Source: a bacterium (lineage in GTDB: Bacteria > CLD3 > SB21). Taken from it: a DNA stretch of 64,000 nt. Within the stretch, counting starts at the first letter, position 1. Every line of letters begins with the position of its first letter. Both the position numbers and the translations under genes were made by a program. The stretch spans positions 1-64,000 of the forward strand of contig JABWCP010000014.1 of NCBI GenBank assembly GCA_013360215.1, in the 5' to 3' direction. A model generated the notes under the pieces. It was not told where the DNA came from, did not search any database, and saw only the letters and a list, made by a program, of their open reading frames with translations. Below, one piece after another: positions 9,855-19,421 of the stretch.

Positions 9855-9883
9855 TTGACTTTCATGCGCCGTTTATATAATAT
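9855..9883 (+). promoter_or_regulatory. sigma70-like promoter of the BMC shell operon
   Basis: TTGACT (9855-9860), 17 bp, TAATAT (9878-9883); AGGAGG RBS before ATG 9941. Confidence 0.6.
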
Positions 9884-9940
9884 CGAATACTATTTTGCAC
9901 ACTTGATGTCCTATCTCAATATTTTCTAGGAGGAATTTCC

Positions 9941-10225
9941 ATGGCTCTGGATGCATTAGGCATGGTAGAAACCAAAGGTTTGGTCGGCGCAATCGAAGCC
10001 GCTGACGCGATGGTCAAAGCCGCAAAAGTCGAATTAATCGGCAAAGAAAAAATCGGCGGTGGTTACGTGACCGTCATGGTACGTGGCGATGTCGGCGCTG
10101 TAAAAGCAGCTACCGATGCCGGCGCTGCAGCAGCAGAAAAAGTCGGCGAACTGGTTTCCGTCCACGTCATTCCGCGTCCGCATCCGGAAGTGGAACTTAT
10201 TCTTCCCAAAAAAGGCTCCAACTAA
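9941..10225 (+). CDS. BMC-H microcompartment shell protein (EutM/PduA/CcmK family)
   Basis: [24 protein letters not shown]...[11 protein letters not shown]...VHVIPRPH is the canonical BMC domain. Confidence 0.97.
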   Translation: MALDALGMVETKGLVGAIEAADAMVKAAKVELIGKEKIGGGYVTVMVRGDVGAVKAATDAGAAAAEKVGELVSVHVIPRPHPEVELILPKKGSN

Positions 10226-10243
10226 TTTAACACGGCAAATCGT

Positions 10244-10576
10244 ATGGCAGATGAACGTGCATTAGGAATGGTGGAAACGCTCGGATTGGTCGGTGCGATC
10301 GAAGCCGCAGACGCTATGATCAAAGCTTCCAATGTCAAACTGATCGGCAAAGAAATAACCGATGGTGCCATGATCACGATCAAAGTGGTCGGCGAAGTAG
10401 GCGCTGTACAAGCCTCTGTGTCCGCCGGTGAAGCCGCTGCACGTCGTGTAGGACAAGTCGTTTCCGTTCATATTATACCGCGTCCGGATGCAATGACGGA
10501 ATCCATCATCTATGATGAAGGATTGGTAGAAGCTCCGAGCGGCGGCACGGGCTCAAAAAAAAAACTGAACGCCTGA
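10244..10576 (+). CDS. Second BMC-H shell protein, short (0-frame) isoform, 110 aa
   Basis: [24 protein letters not shown]...VHIIPRPD; ends GSKKKLNA* across the A10 run. Confidence 0.95.
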   Translation: MADERALGMVETLGLVGAIEAADAMIKASNVKLIGKEITDGAMITIKVVGEVGAVQASVSAGEAAARRVGQVVSVHIIPRPDAMTESIIYDEGLVEAPSGGTGSKKKLNA

Positions 10577-10800
10577 CGCTTGCGCAGCAAGATCTGTTTA
10601 AGGGTGTTCAAAAAGGCGAATCCATACTTAAGAAGAAAAAGTTAGTTGTTCCTGAAACCGATTATCATGAGTTCAGCGTTTCGGAACTTCGGCATTATGC
10701 ACGGTCTGTTCCCAATTTCCCGCTAAAAGGCCGCGAAATTTCCAAAGCCAACCGGGATATGCTGATCGAAGAACTGGATAAAATAATTCCTAAAAAATAA
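10564..10800 (+). CDS. -1 frame C-terminal extension of the second BMC-H (78 aa; fused isoform about 185 aa)
   Basis: TERLTLAQQDLFKGVQKGESILKKKKLVVPETDYHEFSVSELRHYARSVPNFPLKGREISKANRDMLIEELDKIIPKK*. No ATG/GTG/TTG start between the upstream stop (10516) and the last residues; reached via A10 at 10555-10564. Confidence 0.8.
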   Translation, partial: TERLTLAQQDLFKGVQKGESILKKKKLVVPETDYHEFSVSELRHYARSVPNFPLKGREISKANRDMLIEELDKIIPKK

Positions 10801-10833
10801 ACACCCTGAACATCCTTCAGGGTGTTCTTTTTT
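10800..10833 (+). terminator. Intrinsic terminator of the BMC operon
   Basis: AACACCCTGAA-CATCC-TTCAGGGTGTT then C-T6, immediately after the -1 frame stop. Confidence 0.8.
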
Positions 10834-10853
10834 ACGCTTCATTTCTACGACGT

Positions 10854-12344
10854 ATGTTTAAATTGCCCGAATGGCTTCTGCGTGCCGACCGGCGAATTCA
10901 GGAGCTTAATCTCTTTCGCCGGATCTTCATCATGATGTTTCCGCTCATGATCGCGGCGATTGGTGTATTTGAAATCACCATACGCTGGTTTGATATCCAC
11001 GCTATCGAGTACGCACACATATGGATCATACTAATTCCGCTTATTTTTTCTATCATCATATCGTATTTATCGGCTCGATTTACCGCGAAAGAAGTTGCCC
11101 ATCCTATCAAACTCTTCATCGAAAGCGCCAAAGCCATCGCGCGTGGTAATTTTGATCACAAGGTCAATGTGCATACCAGCGAAGAAATGACTCAGCTTTC
11201 GCGCATTTTTAACTATATGACCCGTGAATTGAAAGAGATCAATCAGGGCAACATCCGAAAAACAATCCAAGAAAAAATTAAGACCGAAGCCATCATTCGC
11301 AATATTGCCGACGGTATTATCGTGGTCGGCCCGCTGAATGAAGTTCTGATGATCAATGAAGTGGTCGAAGGATGGTTTCATGTACAACAAAAAGCCGTCA
11401 TCGGTTTTTCGCTCAATTTTTTCTTTCCCGAACTCAAATTTCTCGTGAAACAGGCGCTTGACACACAAGGCGAAACGGTTTTTCAGGACGAACTTACGAT
11501 CAAGCCGCTCAATAGCCCCTCGGAAATCTATCTCGGTGCCAATGCTTCCAAAGTCATGGATAACGACGATCTGATTGCTTTGGTTATTGTTCTTAGAAAT
11601 ATTACGAAAGAAAAAGAAATTGATCGGATGAAAACCGAACTGGTGAATGTCGTCGCCCATGAACTGCGCTCACCGTTGACCAGTATCGCCGGTTTCAGTG
11701 AAATCATCAAAGATCCGCATTTATCGGAAGCCATTCGTAAAGAATACATTGATATTATCCACTACGAATCCGGTCGTTTAGCTGAAATGATTTCCAAGTT
11801 TCTGGACATCAGTCGCATTGAAAGCGGTAAAACGGTTATCAATAAAGTCCCATGCGATCTTACCACGGTTGTAGATAACACCATCACCGCCAACACACCG
11901 ATGGCTCAAAAGCGCAGCATGCACGTCAGCAGCACATTGCCCAAATGGGTTCCTCTGGTTCACGCCGATCCCGACCTGATCGGTCAGGTCGTACTCAATT
12001 TCTTTTCCAATGCCGTGAAATACAGCCCCGAAGGTTCAGAGATCAAACTGCGTGTCGCGGTCGCGGATGATACGGTGATCGTGGAAGTGTCCGATAACGG
12101 CTACGGTATATCCAAAGAGAATATGAAACATCTGTTTCAGAAATTTTTTCGCGCTAAAGATGAGAAACATGTGAAAGATGTGGAAGGCACCGGTTTGGGA
12201 TTGGCGTTCGTCAAAGAAATCATCCATCAGCACAATGGTACCATACATGTCGAGAGCGAAGTCGGAAAAGGTTCTTCTTTTTCGTTTGCCCTGCCGATTG
12301 ATTTTACACTGCCGGAAAATGCTGCGCTCAAACCCGCTTCATGA
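10854..12344 (+). CDS. Membrane sensor histidine kinase (HAMP-PAS-HisKA-HATPase)
   Basis: 2 TM; VAHELRSPLT, NFFSNAVKYS, DNGYGI, GTGLGL motifs. Confidence 0.93.
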   Translation: MFKLPEWLLRADRRIQELNLFRRIFIMMFPLMIAAIGVFEITIRWFDIHAIEYAHIWIILIPLIFSIIISYLSARFTAKEVAHPIKLFIESAKAIARGNFDHKVNVHTSEEMTQLSRIFNYMTRELKEINQGNIRKTIQEKIKTEAIIRNIADGIIVVGPLNEVLMINEVVEGWFHVQQKAVIGFSLNFFFPELKFLVKQALDTQGETVFQDELTIKPLNSPSEIYLGANASKVMDNDDLIALVIVLRNITKEKEIDRMKTELVNVVAHELRSPLTSIAGFSEIIKDPHLSEAIRKEYIDIIHYESGRLAEMISKFLDISRIESGKTVINKVPCDLTTVVDNTITANTPMAQKRSMHVSSTLPKWVPLVHADPDLIGQVVLNFFSNAVKYSPEGSEIKLRVAVADDTVIVEVSDNGYGISKENMKHLFQKFFRAKDEKHVKDVEGTGLGLAFVKEIIHQHNGTIHVESEVGKGSSFSFALPIDFTLPENAALKPAS

Positions 12345-12352
12345 TATCTTTT

Positions 12353-14149
12353 CTAAGCAATGAACTCCTGATCTTTGTATTGCAATTGATACAACCTGTA
12401 ATATAATCCACCCATAGCCAATAATTCTTCATGCGTTCCGCGCTCACGGATTCGCCCCTTGTGTAAAACCAGAATCTGATCCACGTGTCTGATGGTTGAC
12501 AGACGGTGGGCAATGATTACCGACGTGCGCCCTTGCATCAGTTGGGCTATGGCTTTTTGTATCAGGCGTTCCGTTTCGGTATCGATACTTGATGTTGCTT
12601 CATCCAAAATCAATATCCGCGGATCAAAAACCAACGCGCGCGCCATCGCAATCAATTGGCGTTGGCCTACCGAAAGCGTGCTGCCGCGCTCTTGCACGGG
12701 TTCAAGATATTGTAAAGGAAGCCGGCGAATAAAATCATCCGCACCGACTCGCCGCGCGGCTTCTTCGACCTGCGCTTCACTAATATCATGACGACCTAGA
12801 CGTATATTGTCTAAAATCGTACCCGAAAATAAAAATACATCCTGTAACACCACGGCCATCGTGCGACGCAAAGCATATTGATCCATCCGGCGAATATCCG
12901 TCTGATCCAGTAAAATATCGCCGCGCTGAGCTTCATAAAACCGCGACGCAAGGTTGATAATCGTACTTTTGCCCGAACCCGTCGCACCGACCAATGCAAC
13001 ACTTTGACCGGGCTGAGTAACAAACGAAATATCTTTTAAAATATAGTCTTCATCCGAGCGTATATCCTGAGGATTATAAGCAAAATACACATTACGAAAT
13101 TCAATGCGTCCTGACATCACTTTCGGCGTTATCGGTTGAGCCGGATTAGGTATTTCCGTCGGTGTGTCTATGAGTTTGAAAACACGCTCCGACGAAGCCA
13201 TCGCTGTCTGCAGAATATTGTATTTATCACTCAGATCCTGAATCGGCCTGAAAAACAACATGCCGTACTGTATAAAAGCAATCAATGTACCCAGTGTTAT
13301 TGACGAAGAGCGCACTTCTCCGCTTCCATACCAAATCAACATGCCGATGGCAAAACTACTCGCCACGTTGATCGCCGGATAAAACCAGGCGTAATGAAAT
13401 ACCGAATCCAAATGTGAATCCGTGAGCGTACGATTGAGCGCATCAAACTTTTCAAAATTTTTCTTCTCACGATTAAAAATTTGAACCGTGGTGACGCCGG
13501 TGATATTTTCCTGAAGATACGAATTTAAAGCTGCGATTTTAAGACGCACTTCGCGAAACGCGACCCGTACCTTGGACTTGAACACAACGGATATATAGAA
13601 TATGAGTGGCAAAATGGCCAGCGTAACGAGTGTCAAATGTACATCGAGAACAAACATCATGACAATAATGCCGGCCAATAAAAAAATATCACCGAAAAGA
13701 TAGACAAGCCCGGAAGTAAACATATCGTTAAGCGATTCGATATCCGATGTTACGCGTGTGATAAGTCGGCCCACGGGGTTTCGATCAAAAAATTGCAAAT
13801 GAAGATGCTCGAGATGCGTAAATAATTTCATCCGCAGATCAAAAATGATACGCTGACCCATCAGTTGAGTCACATAGATCACACAGTATTGTAAAAGAAA
13901 TTCGCCGATCAAAAGAACGACAAACAAGATGGCAAAATTGCGTAAACGTAATCCGTCACCGGCCAGTATAGCCGCGTCCACGGCTTCCTGAACAAGTTTG
14001 GGACGGTATGCGCTAAAACCCTGAGCGGCTATTAATAAAATCACAGAAACAACGGCCATCCATCGATACGGGCGAACCAAACTCAATAGCCTACGCATCA
14101 AACGCGCATCGTAGGCTTTCCCCATGATATCATCATCTTGTGTCTGCAT
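12353..14149 (-). CDS. ABC exporter, fused permease/ATPase (MsbA/MdlB-like)
   Basis: Six-TM domain plus GATGSGKST, LSVGQRQ, ILDEATSS. Confidence 0.93.
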   Translation of the reverse strand: MQTQDDDIMGKAYDARLMRRLLSLVRPYRWMAVVSVILLIAAQGFSAYRPKLVQEAVDAAILAGDGLRLRNFAILFVVLLIGEFLLQYCVIYVTQLMGQRIIFDLRMKLFTHLEHLHLQFFDRNPVGRLITRVTSDIESLNDMFTSGLVYLFGDIFLLAGIIVMMFVLDVHLTLVTLAILPLIFYISVVFKSKVRVAFREVRLKIAALNSYLQENITGVTTVQIFNREKKNFEKFDALNRTLTDSHLDSVFHYAWFYPAINVASSFAIGMLIWYGSGEVRSSSITLGTLIAFIQYGMLFFRPIQDLSDKYNILQTAMASSERVFKLIDTPTEIPNPAQPITPKVMSGRIEFRNVYFAYNPQDIRSDEDYILKDISFVTQPGQSVALVGATGSGKSTIINLASRFYEAQRGDILLDQTDIRRMDQYALRRTMAVVLQDVFLFSGTILDNIRLGRHDISEAQVEEAARRVGADDFIRRLPLQYLEPVQERGSTLSVGQRQLIAMARALVFDPRILILDEATSSIDTETERLIQKAIAQLMQGRTSVIIAHRLSTIRHVDQILVLHKGRIRERGTHEELLAMGGLYYRLYQLQYKDQEFIA

Positions 14150-14155
14150 CGTGTA

Positions 14156-15475
14156 TTATTGTCTTTCGTAATGATGTAATAATTCTTGGATCGGCTGCCG
14201 TATTAGAGCCTCGTTTCCTATAATTGCTAAAACCCAATGTTTGGGATCAATCATATCAGCGGCTTTTCTCAAATCATCCTGCTCTAACGATTGTAATTCG
14301 GCCAATTCGCGCTCAACGTAATCCGGCGGTAAATCAAAAAAAACGCCTTGTTCGATCAATAAAGCCATGCGCTCAATGGTTTCCATCGTAAACGGATGAT
14401 GTCCTGAAAAATAAAGTTTTGCATCCTCGAGTTCCTGATCCGACACACCATCGGCTTTGATGGCTTCCAGTTCCTTTACAATAGCCGTAACGGCGCGAGG
14501 CGCATGAGCCGCAGAAGTTTGCAGCACAACGGAAAACATACCACCGAATTTACGTTTTGTAAGACTGGAATATACGGAATAAGCCAAACCTTGTTGCGTC
14601 CGGATATGATGGGTTAATCGGGACGATAAACCGGCGCCGCCTAGAATATAATTTAGCGCCATCTGCGGCACATGGCCCGGCTCACCGCGTGCGGGGCCGG
14701 TATGGCCCAGCGCAATGTGCGCCTGTGCGATCGGACGGTCGGTCAAACAAAAAAACCGTTGTCCCAATGGTTGCGGGCTATCCATCTGAATCGTGCTTAT
14801 ATTTACCGAATTTTTAAAATGGGAAGCCCAGTTATTTTCAACGAACGTTCTCATTTTAATTTCATCCACATCACCGACCACCGTCACGATCGCACCGCAC
14901 GCGGTGAGCTTTTCGTTATAAAATCGCAGCACTCCATCGCGCGATAAATCATCCACACCGCTTTCCATGCCATCGGTCGAGCGGCCATAGGGATGTCCAC
15001 CAAATAATGTACTTTGGAATAATTCTCCCAATAAAACCCCGGGCATATCTAATTTCTTTTTACAATCGGCTTTCATTTGCCCTCGTGCACGTTGCAGTTC
15101 GTGTTCCGGGAAAACAGCATCCGTAAGAATTTCGTGCACGATCTGAAGTGCCGGATCCAATTGTTCGCGGCTAACAGTTAGATGTAATGTAAACGCATCA
15201 TGGGTAACTGATACGGAGAGCGAAGCCGCCAGATATTCCAGCGCATCGGCTATACTCAGAGCGGTTTGTTTGGATGTGCCGGATTTTAGCGTCAGCGCAA
15301 GTAACTTACACAGACCGGGTTGGTCGGCGGGTTCATGCGCGATACCGAAAGGAAATCGCAAGCGTAAAACCACAAAAGGTGTGTGCGTGGATTGACGAAG
15401 GTGAAACGTCCACCGATTGGATAGAGTGTGGGACACGGCTCCGACGAAATTAGAAAGCGGATTGAACTCGGGCAC
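14156..15475 (-). CDS. M16 family peptidase-like subunit, probably non-catalytic
   Basis: GHPYG, LGGAGLSSRL, IRTQQGLAYSV motifs; the HxxEH site is replaced by KLLAL. Confidence 0.85.
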   Translation of the reverse strand: MPEFNPLSNFVGAVSHTLSNRWTFHLRQSTHTPFVVLRLRFPFGIAHEPADQPGLCKLLALTLKSGTSKQTALSIADALEYLAASLSVSVTHDAFTLHLTVSREQLDPALQIVHEILTDAVFPEHELQRARGQMKADCKKKLDMPGVLLGELFQSTLFGGHPYGRSTDGMESGVDDLSRDGVLRFYNEKLTACGAIVTVVGDVDEIKMRTFVENNWASHFKNSVNISTIQMDSPQPLGQRFFCLTDRPIAQAHIALGHTGPARGEPGHVPQMALNYILGGAGLSSRLTHHIRTQQGLAYSVYSSLTKRKFGGMFSVVLQTSAAHAPRAVTAIVKELEAIKADGVSDQELEDAKLYFSGHHPFTMETIERMALLIEQGVFFDLPPDYVERELAELQSLEQDDLRKAADMIDPKHWVLAIIGNEALIRQPIQELLHHYERQ

Positions 15476-15477
15476 TT

Positions 15478-16101
15478 CTAATCGCGCGGATTGGTAAATT
15501 TGAGCGATTTATAATCTTGTCCGACGATGACGGTAACTTCAAGCATCAACTGTGGGTTCTTCTGCTGAATAATACCCGACTCGCCGACACCAAGCGCGAC
15601 GGCGACTTGTTGTGCACCGGCTAAATTTCCAGCCCGATCCTGTACGATTGTTTTTTTGTAATTGGAATTCGGCGCATTGCCCGTACTCACAACATCAAAT
15701 CCTTTACTGCGTAGATAATCGGCCGCTTTGGCTGCCAGTTTGGGTACACCGCTGCCGTTGAGCACTTCGATACGGATTTTCTGAGGACGTGATTGGGTAC
15801 CATCAAACGTGGTTGACGGTGAAGTCTCCGCAGGAACTTCATTGGTCTGTGTTTCGGCTTCTGATGTGCCGCTGCTATTGATACGAATAATCAACGAAAT
15901 CACGAGAATTAAAACAACTAGGCCCAAACCGCCAATCATGTAATTCAAAATTTTGTCCCACTTGGGATCGTGAATGCCGGTCATCGTCAGTTGAGTCGGC
16001 TCCGGCTTCGGATCTTGAGTTCGGGTAGCCGATGTTTGGTCCAAGGTCTGTGTTGATTCTTTCGGACGGTCGTCCGTGCGTACTTTGCGTTGCATATCCA
16101 C
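15478..16101 (-). CDS. Membrane protein with LytR_C domain
   Basis: Single TM, then IRIEVLNGSGVPKLA...VTVIVGQDY. Confidence 0.85.
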   Translation of the reverse strand: MDMQRKVRTDDRPKESTQTLDQTSATRTQDPKPEPTQLTMTGIHDPKWDKILNYMIGGLGLVVLILVISLIIRINSSGTSEAETQTNEVPAETSPSTTFDGTQSRPQKIRIEVLNGSGVPKLAAKAADYLRSKGFDVVSTGNAPNSNYKKTIVQDRAGNLAGAQQVAVALGVGESGIIQQKNPQLMLEVTVIVGQDYKSLKFTNPRD

Positions 16102-16145
16102 TCCGTAAACAATTAATCCCGACGGTATCGGGATTAAAAGTATTT

Positions 16146-16655
16146 TTAAGGCCTCATAAATCCGTAATCGTCAAACAATCCTCCTGAACCGCTTCGTTGC
16201 GGGCCCGGATTAAAAAGACTATTACCAGTATAATAAGGATTGTTACTGTATCCCACTTGCATCTGAAAATGTCGGCTCGGTCTATAAACCAATTCTGCTC
16301 CGTGCAATATTTCACGGTTTTTTTGCATTAGGCTATTCTTATTCTGACCAAACGGCTGATGCATCAATCCTGTATTGAGACGCAGCACCAAAGGATCCGA
16401 GAGACGAATATTAAGCGAATTGGAATACATGCCCAAGGTACCGCTTGCACCGCCACCGCTATAATATGTCATGGCATAACTCTGCGTCATCGTCACGCGG
16501 TCGGAACCGATAAAACTGAGAAGCGATCCGGGAACGGCTGAAGTAATACCACCATGCACATCGATGGGTTCACGCCCAGTCTGAGTTTTGAGTTGCGCGG
16601 AAAGCGAAACTGAACAAAGCCCGAAAATCAAAAGGAATATTGTTTGTTTTTTCAT
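16146..16655 (-). CDS. Hypothetical secreted protein
   Basis: Signal peptide from MKKQTIF (ATG 16655); co-oriented with neighbours. Confidence 0.65.
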   Translation of the reverse strand: MKKQTIFLLIFGLCSVSLSAQLKTQTGREPIDVHGGITSAVPGSLLSFIGSDRVTMTQSYAMTYYSGGGASGTLGMYSNSLNIRLSDPLVLRLNTGLMHQPFGQNKNSLMQKNREILHGAELVYRPSRHFQMQVGYSNNPYYTGNSLFNPGPQRSGSGGLFDDYGFMRP

Positions 16656-16730
16656 GCTAACCCTTTCTACGCTTAGCCGAATCAATATCAAAAAAAGGTA
16701 TAAAAAAGTCAAGAGAACGCAGCTCGGTTT

Positions 16731-17474
16731 TTATGGTACCTCGACAACGTACCCGATGCCGTAAACCACGCCGTCAGCGATAAATTTTTCATATACCCCC
16801 GTTTGACCGATAACCGATTGCACTTCCCGCGCAATTACGCCTTCGATCACAACACTATTTTCGGCGGCATTGGGTTCGTAATAACTAACGTCATGCGTAT
16901 AGACGGAAGACGGTAAAATCGCGCGCACAGGCCACGCAGGCCATTGCACACCGCGCGCTGAACCGGATTTTTTCACATAGAGTCGGATACGTGATGCCAC
17001 ATAAGGACGGAGCGCCTCATATTCCCATGTATCCATTTCTTGATTACAATAATGCATACTATCCAGCCAACCGCCTTGGGCTGAAAATCCAAGCCCTCGC
17101 ACAGCGAGCGTATCCCAACCTATGATCCACTCTATCACTGGAATCGCCGCGGACGTATCCACAGTTTTGTGATGCATGGCCTTCACAGAATCCCTGATGT
17201 TTTGTATGCGTTTTATACGTTCACGAAACACTTGCGGTTTCATATGACCGAGCATCCAACGGCGTTTACCTTCGTTATATGCGGGACGTATTACCACACC
17301 GTTGGCATAAATTGCCAAAGATGGCGCATTGAGTTCCTCGCCGGTCCAAGCGGCCGCACCGCCGCGAACCCATTTGGAAAAAACAATCGGACTCTCCGGT
17401 TCAATCAAAACATGCCGCGATGTACATCCAATAGCACCAAACAAAAAAATAAAACTGCCTACAAATTTAACCAT
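16731..17474 (-). CDS. Hypothetical lipoprotein
   Basis: MVKFVGSFIFLFGAIGC lipobox; start overlaps the stop of the HAD gene. Confidence 0.6.
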   Translation of the reverse strand: MVKFVGSFIFLFGAIGCTSRHVLIEPESPIVFSKWVRGGAAAWTGEELNAPSLAIYANGVVIRPAYNEGKRRWMLGHMKPQVFRERIKRIQNIRDSVKAMHHKTVDTSAAIPVIEWIIGWDTLAVRGLGFSAQGGWLDSMHYCNQEMDTWEYEALRPYVASRIRLYVKKSGSARGVQWPAWPVRAILPSSVYTHDVSYYEPNAAENSVVIEGVIAREVQSVIGQTGVYEKFIADGVVYGIGYVVEVP

Positions 17475-18168
17475 GGAACGGCTCCACCGCGATATCAAGC
17501 AATTGCCTGAAATCGGTCAATTCGTAATCCGCACCGGATTCGCGGGTATCAAACGTATCGCCGTATCGGGCAAATGCCGTTTTCATTCTGATCTGTTTGG
17601 CACCGGCCATATCGCGTTCCGCCCAATCACCGACCATCAAAGCGTGCTCCGGCTGGATGTCCATCTGGGTAAGCGCTTTGCGAAACGGCTCCGGATTAGG
17701 TTTTCGCTGAAACGTATCTTCGTACGTCACGACGGCATCAAAAGTATGATGGAGACGCAGATAGCAAAGGCGCAGCCACGCTTCGCGCGTCGGCGCATCA
17801 CTGACAACGGCCAATTTAAAGCGCCGTTTGACCAATTCATTGAGCGTGGATAAAACATGCGGATAGGTGACCAGCGAAGCTTCGCGGGTCTGGCGATACG
17901 CCACAATACCGTTGGCTAAGATTTTGTGGTCAATGCGGCCAAGCGTATTCTCCAAAAAAATATCGAACACCTTTTGGTATTCGTAGCCTTGCGAATTATA
18001 GATCGTCCATATTTTGGATATAATATCTTCTTTTTTTACCTCCAAGCCGGCATCTATCATGGCTTCCGCTGCACTGGCAATCGCACGTTCTTTGAGGCGC
18101 ATAAAATCAACAAGGGTATTGTCGAGATCAAAAATAATCGCTCGCAGATGGATATCGGGTTTCACCAT
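17467..18168 (-). CDS. HAD-superfamily hydrolase
   Basis: FDLDNTL, VVSD, KPNP, VGDWAERD motifs; ATG 18168. Confidence 0.9.
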   Translation of the reverse strand: MVKPDIHLRAIIFDLDNTLVDFMRLKERAIASAAEAMIDAGLEVKKEDIISKIWTIYNSQGYEYQKVFDIFLENTLGRIDHKILANGIVAYRQTREASLVTYPHVLSTLNELVKRRFKLAVVSDAPTREAWLRLCYLRLHHTFDAVVTYEDTFQRKPNPEPFRKALTQMDIQPEHALMVGDWAERDMAGAKQIRMKTAFARYGDTFDTRESGADYELTDFRQLLDIAVEPFHG

Positions 18169-18179
18169 ACAAAATCCAT

Positions 18180-19421
18180 TTAATGTATTTCGTAATTTTT
18201 TTTGCGCATGGCCACATTTAATACAAATCCGATCAGGAACATATTGGCCCAAAGCGCCGAACCGCCATAACTCAATAAAGGTAAGGGTATACCCGTAACC
18301 GGCATAAGACCAGTGGTCATGCCTATATTGACAAGCAACTGAAACGCAAACAGCGACGCAATACCGATTAATGCGAGACTGGCAAATTTATCATCAACCG
18401 CATCGGCAATAATGACAATTCGAAAAATAAGGATACCGAATAATGCCAACAAAAATAGACTCCCTAAAAATCCGAACTCTTCCCCGATCACCGAAAAAAT
18501 AAAATCCGTATGCTGCTCCGGTAAAAAATTGAGCTGCGTTTGCGTGCCGTGAAGATAGCCTTTACCGGCCAAGCCACCTGAACCGATAGCAATCTTGGAT
18601 TGTGTAACCTGGTAACCGCTGCCCTGCATGTCGCGTTCCGGTTCTATGAAATTGAGAATACGCTGCTTTTGATAATCTTTGAGTGATTCCCAAATCGGTT
18701 CCGATGAAAGTCCCACAATCACATTGACGGCAAAAACGCCAAGGATGATCAGTGTTTTTCGTTTTGAAAAATACAGTATGGTCAGAATAATAAACAGCAT
18801 CGTAATAAACGCATTAAAACTGTAACCGCTGATGATGTGCACCAGTACGGTCGCAATCGGCGAAAACATAACGAAGATGGAAAACAACGATATACCGTTC
18901 CAATACAGGATAGGCAGCGCTACGCTGCCCACGCAAAGCGCCGTACCCAAATCGGGTTGTTTCATAACTAACAGCATCGGTATCGCCGCAACGGAAAACA
19001 CGATAATGATATTCATCACTTGCGAACTGTTGACTTGCCGCAATGCCAATATCCGCGCTATAAAAAGAATGGCTGCAATTTTGGCAAGCTCCGACGGTTG
19101 GAATCCGAATGGGCCAAGAGTAAACCAGCGCCGAGCGCCATAACGTACCGAGCCGGCAAAAAAAACTAAAATAAGAAGCGCTATGGTGACAGCGAAAACA
19201 GTAAACGAGGCGCCATCTATCAATCGCAGCGGGATAAGCACCGTCATGAGCATCAGCATGACACCGATGAAAAAAAACGTGAGCTGTTTGGTGAAATTTA
19301 ATTGATCGCCCGTAAACGTCGCACTGTAAATACACGCCAATCCTAAACCGCACAACATCAATGTGGGCGCAAGAATCAGATAATCCAAGTCCTGTAAAAA
19401 TTTTTTAATTCGTTGTACCAT
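18180..19421 (-). CDS. rodA: Rod shape-determining protein RodA
   Basis: SEDS motifs GARRW, QPSELAK, PEQHTDFIFS, PLPLLSYGGS; follows PBP2. Confidence 0.95.
   Translation of the reverse strand: MVQRIKKFLQDLDYLILAPTLMLCGLGLACIYSATFTGDQLNFTKQLTFFFIGVMLMLMTVLIPLRLIDGASFTVFAVTIALLILVFFAGSVRYGARRWFTLGPFGFQPSELAKIAAILFIARILALRQVNSSQVMNIIIVFSVAAIPMLLVMKQPDLGTALCVGSVALPILYWNGISLFSIFVMFSPIATVLVHIISGYSFNAFITMLFIILTILYFSKRKTLIILGVFAVNVIVGLSSEPIWESLKDYQKQRILNFIEPERDMQGSGYQVTQSKIAIGSGGLAGKGYLHGTQTQLNFLPEQHTDFIFSVIGEEFGFLGSLFLLALFGILIFRIVIIADAVDDKFASLALIGIASLFAFQLLVNIGMTTGLMPVTGIPLPLLSYGGSALWANMFLIGFVLNVAMRKKNYEIH

Noticed and set aside
9488-9865. 125-aa minus-strand ORF in the divergent intergenic region
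   Set aside because: Low-complexity translation of promoter and terminator sequence with no family features.
9695-9880. 61-aa + strand ORF before the BMC genes
   Set aside because: TTG start, no RBS, and it runs through a promoter and an intrinsic terminator; better explained as non-coding.
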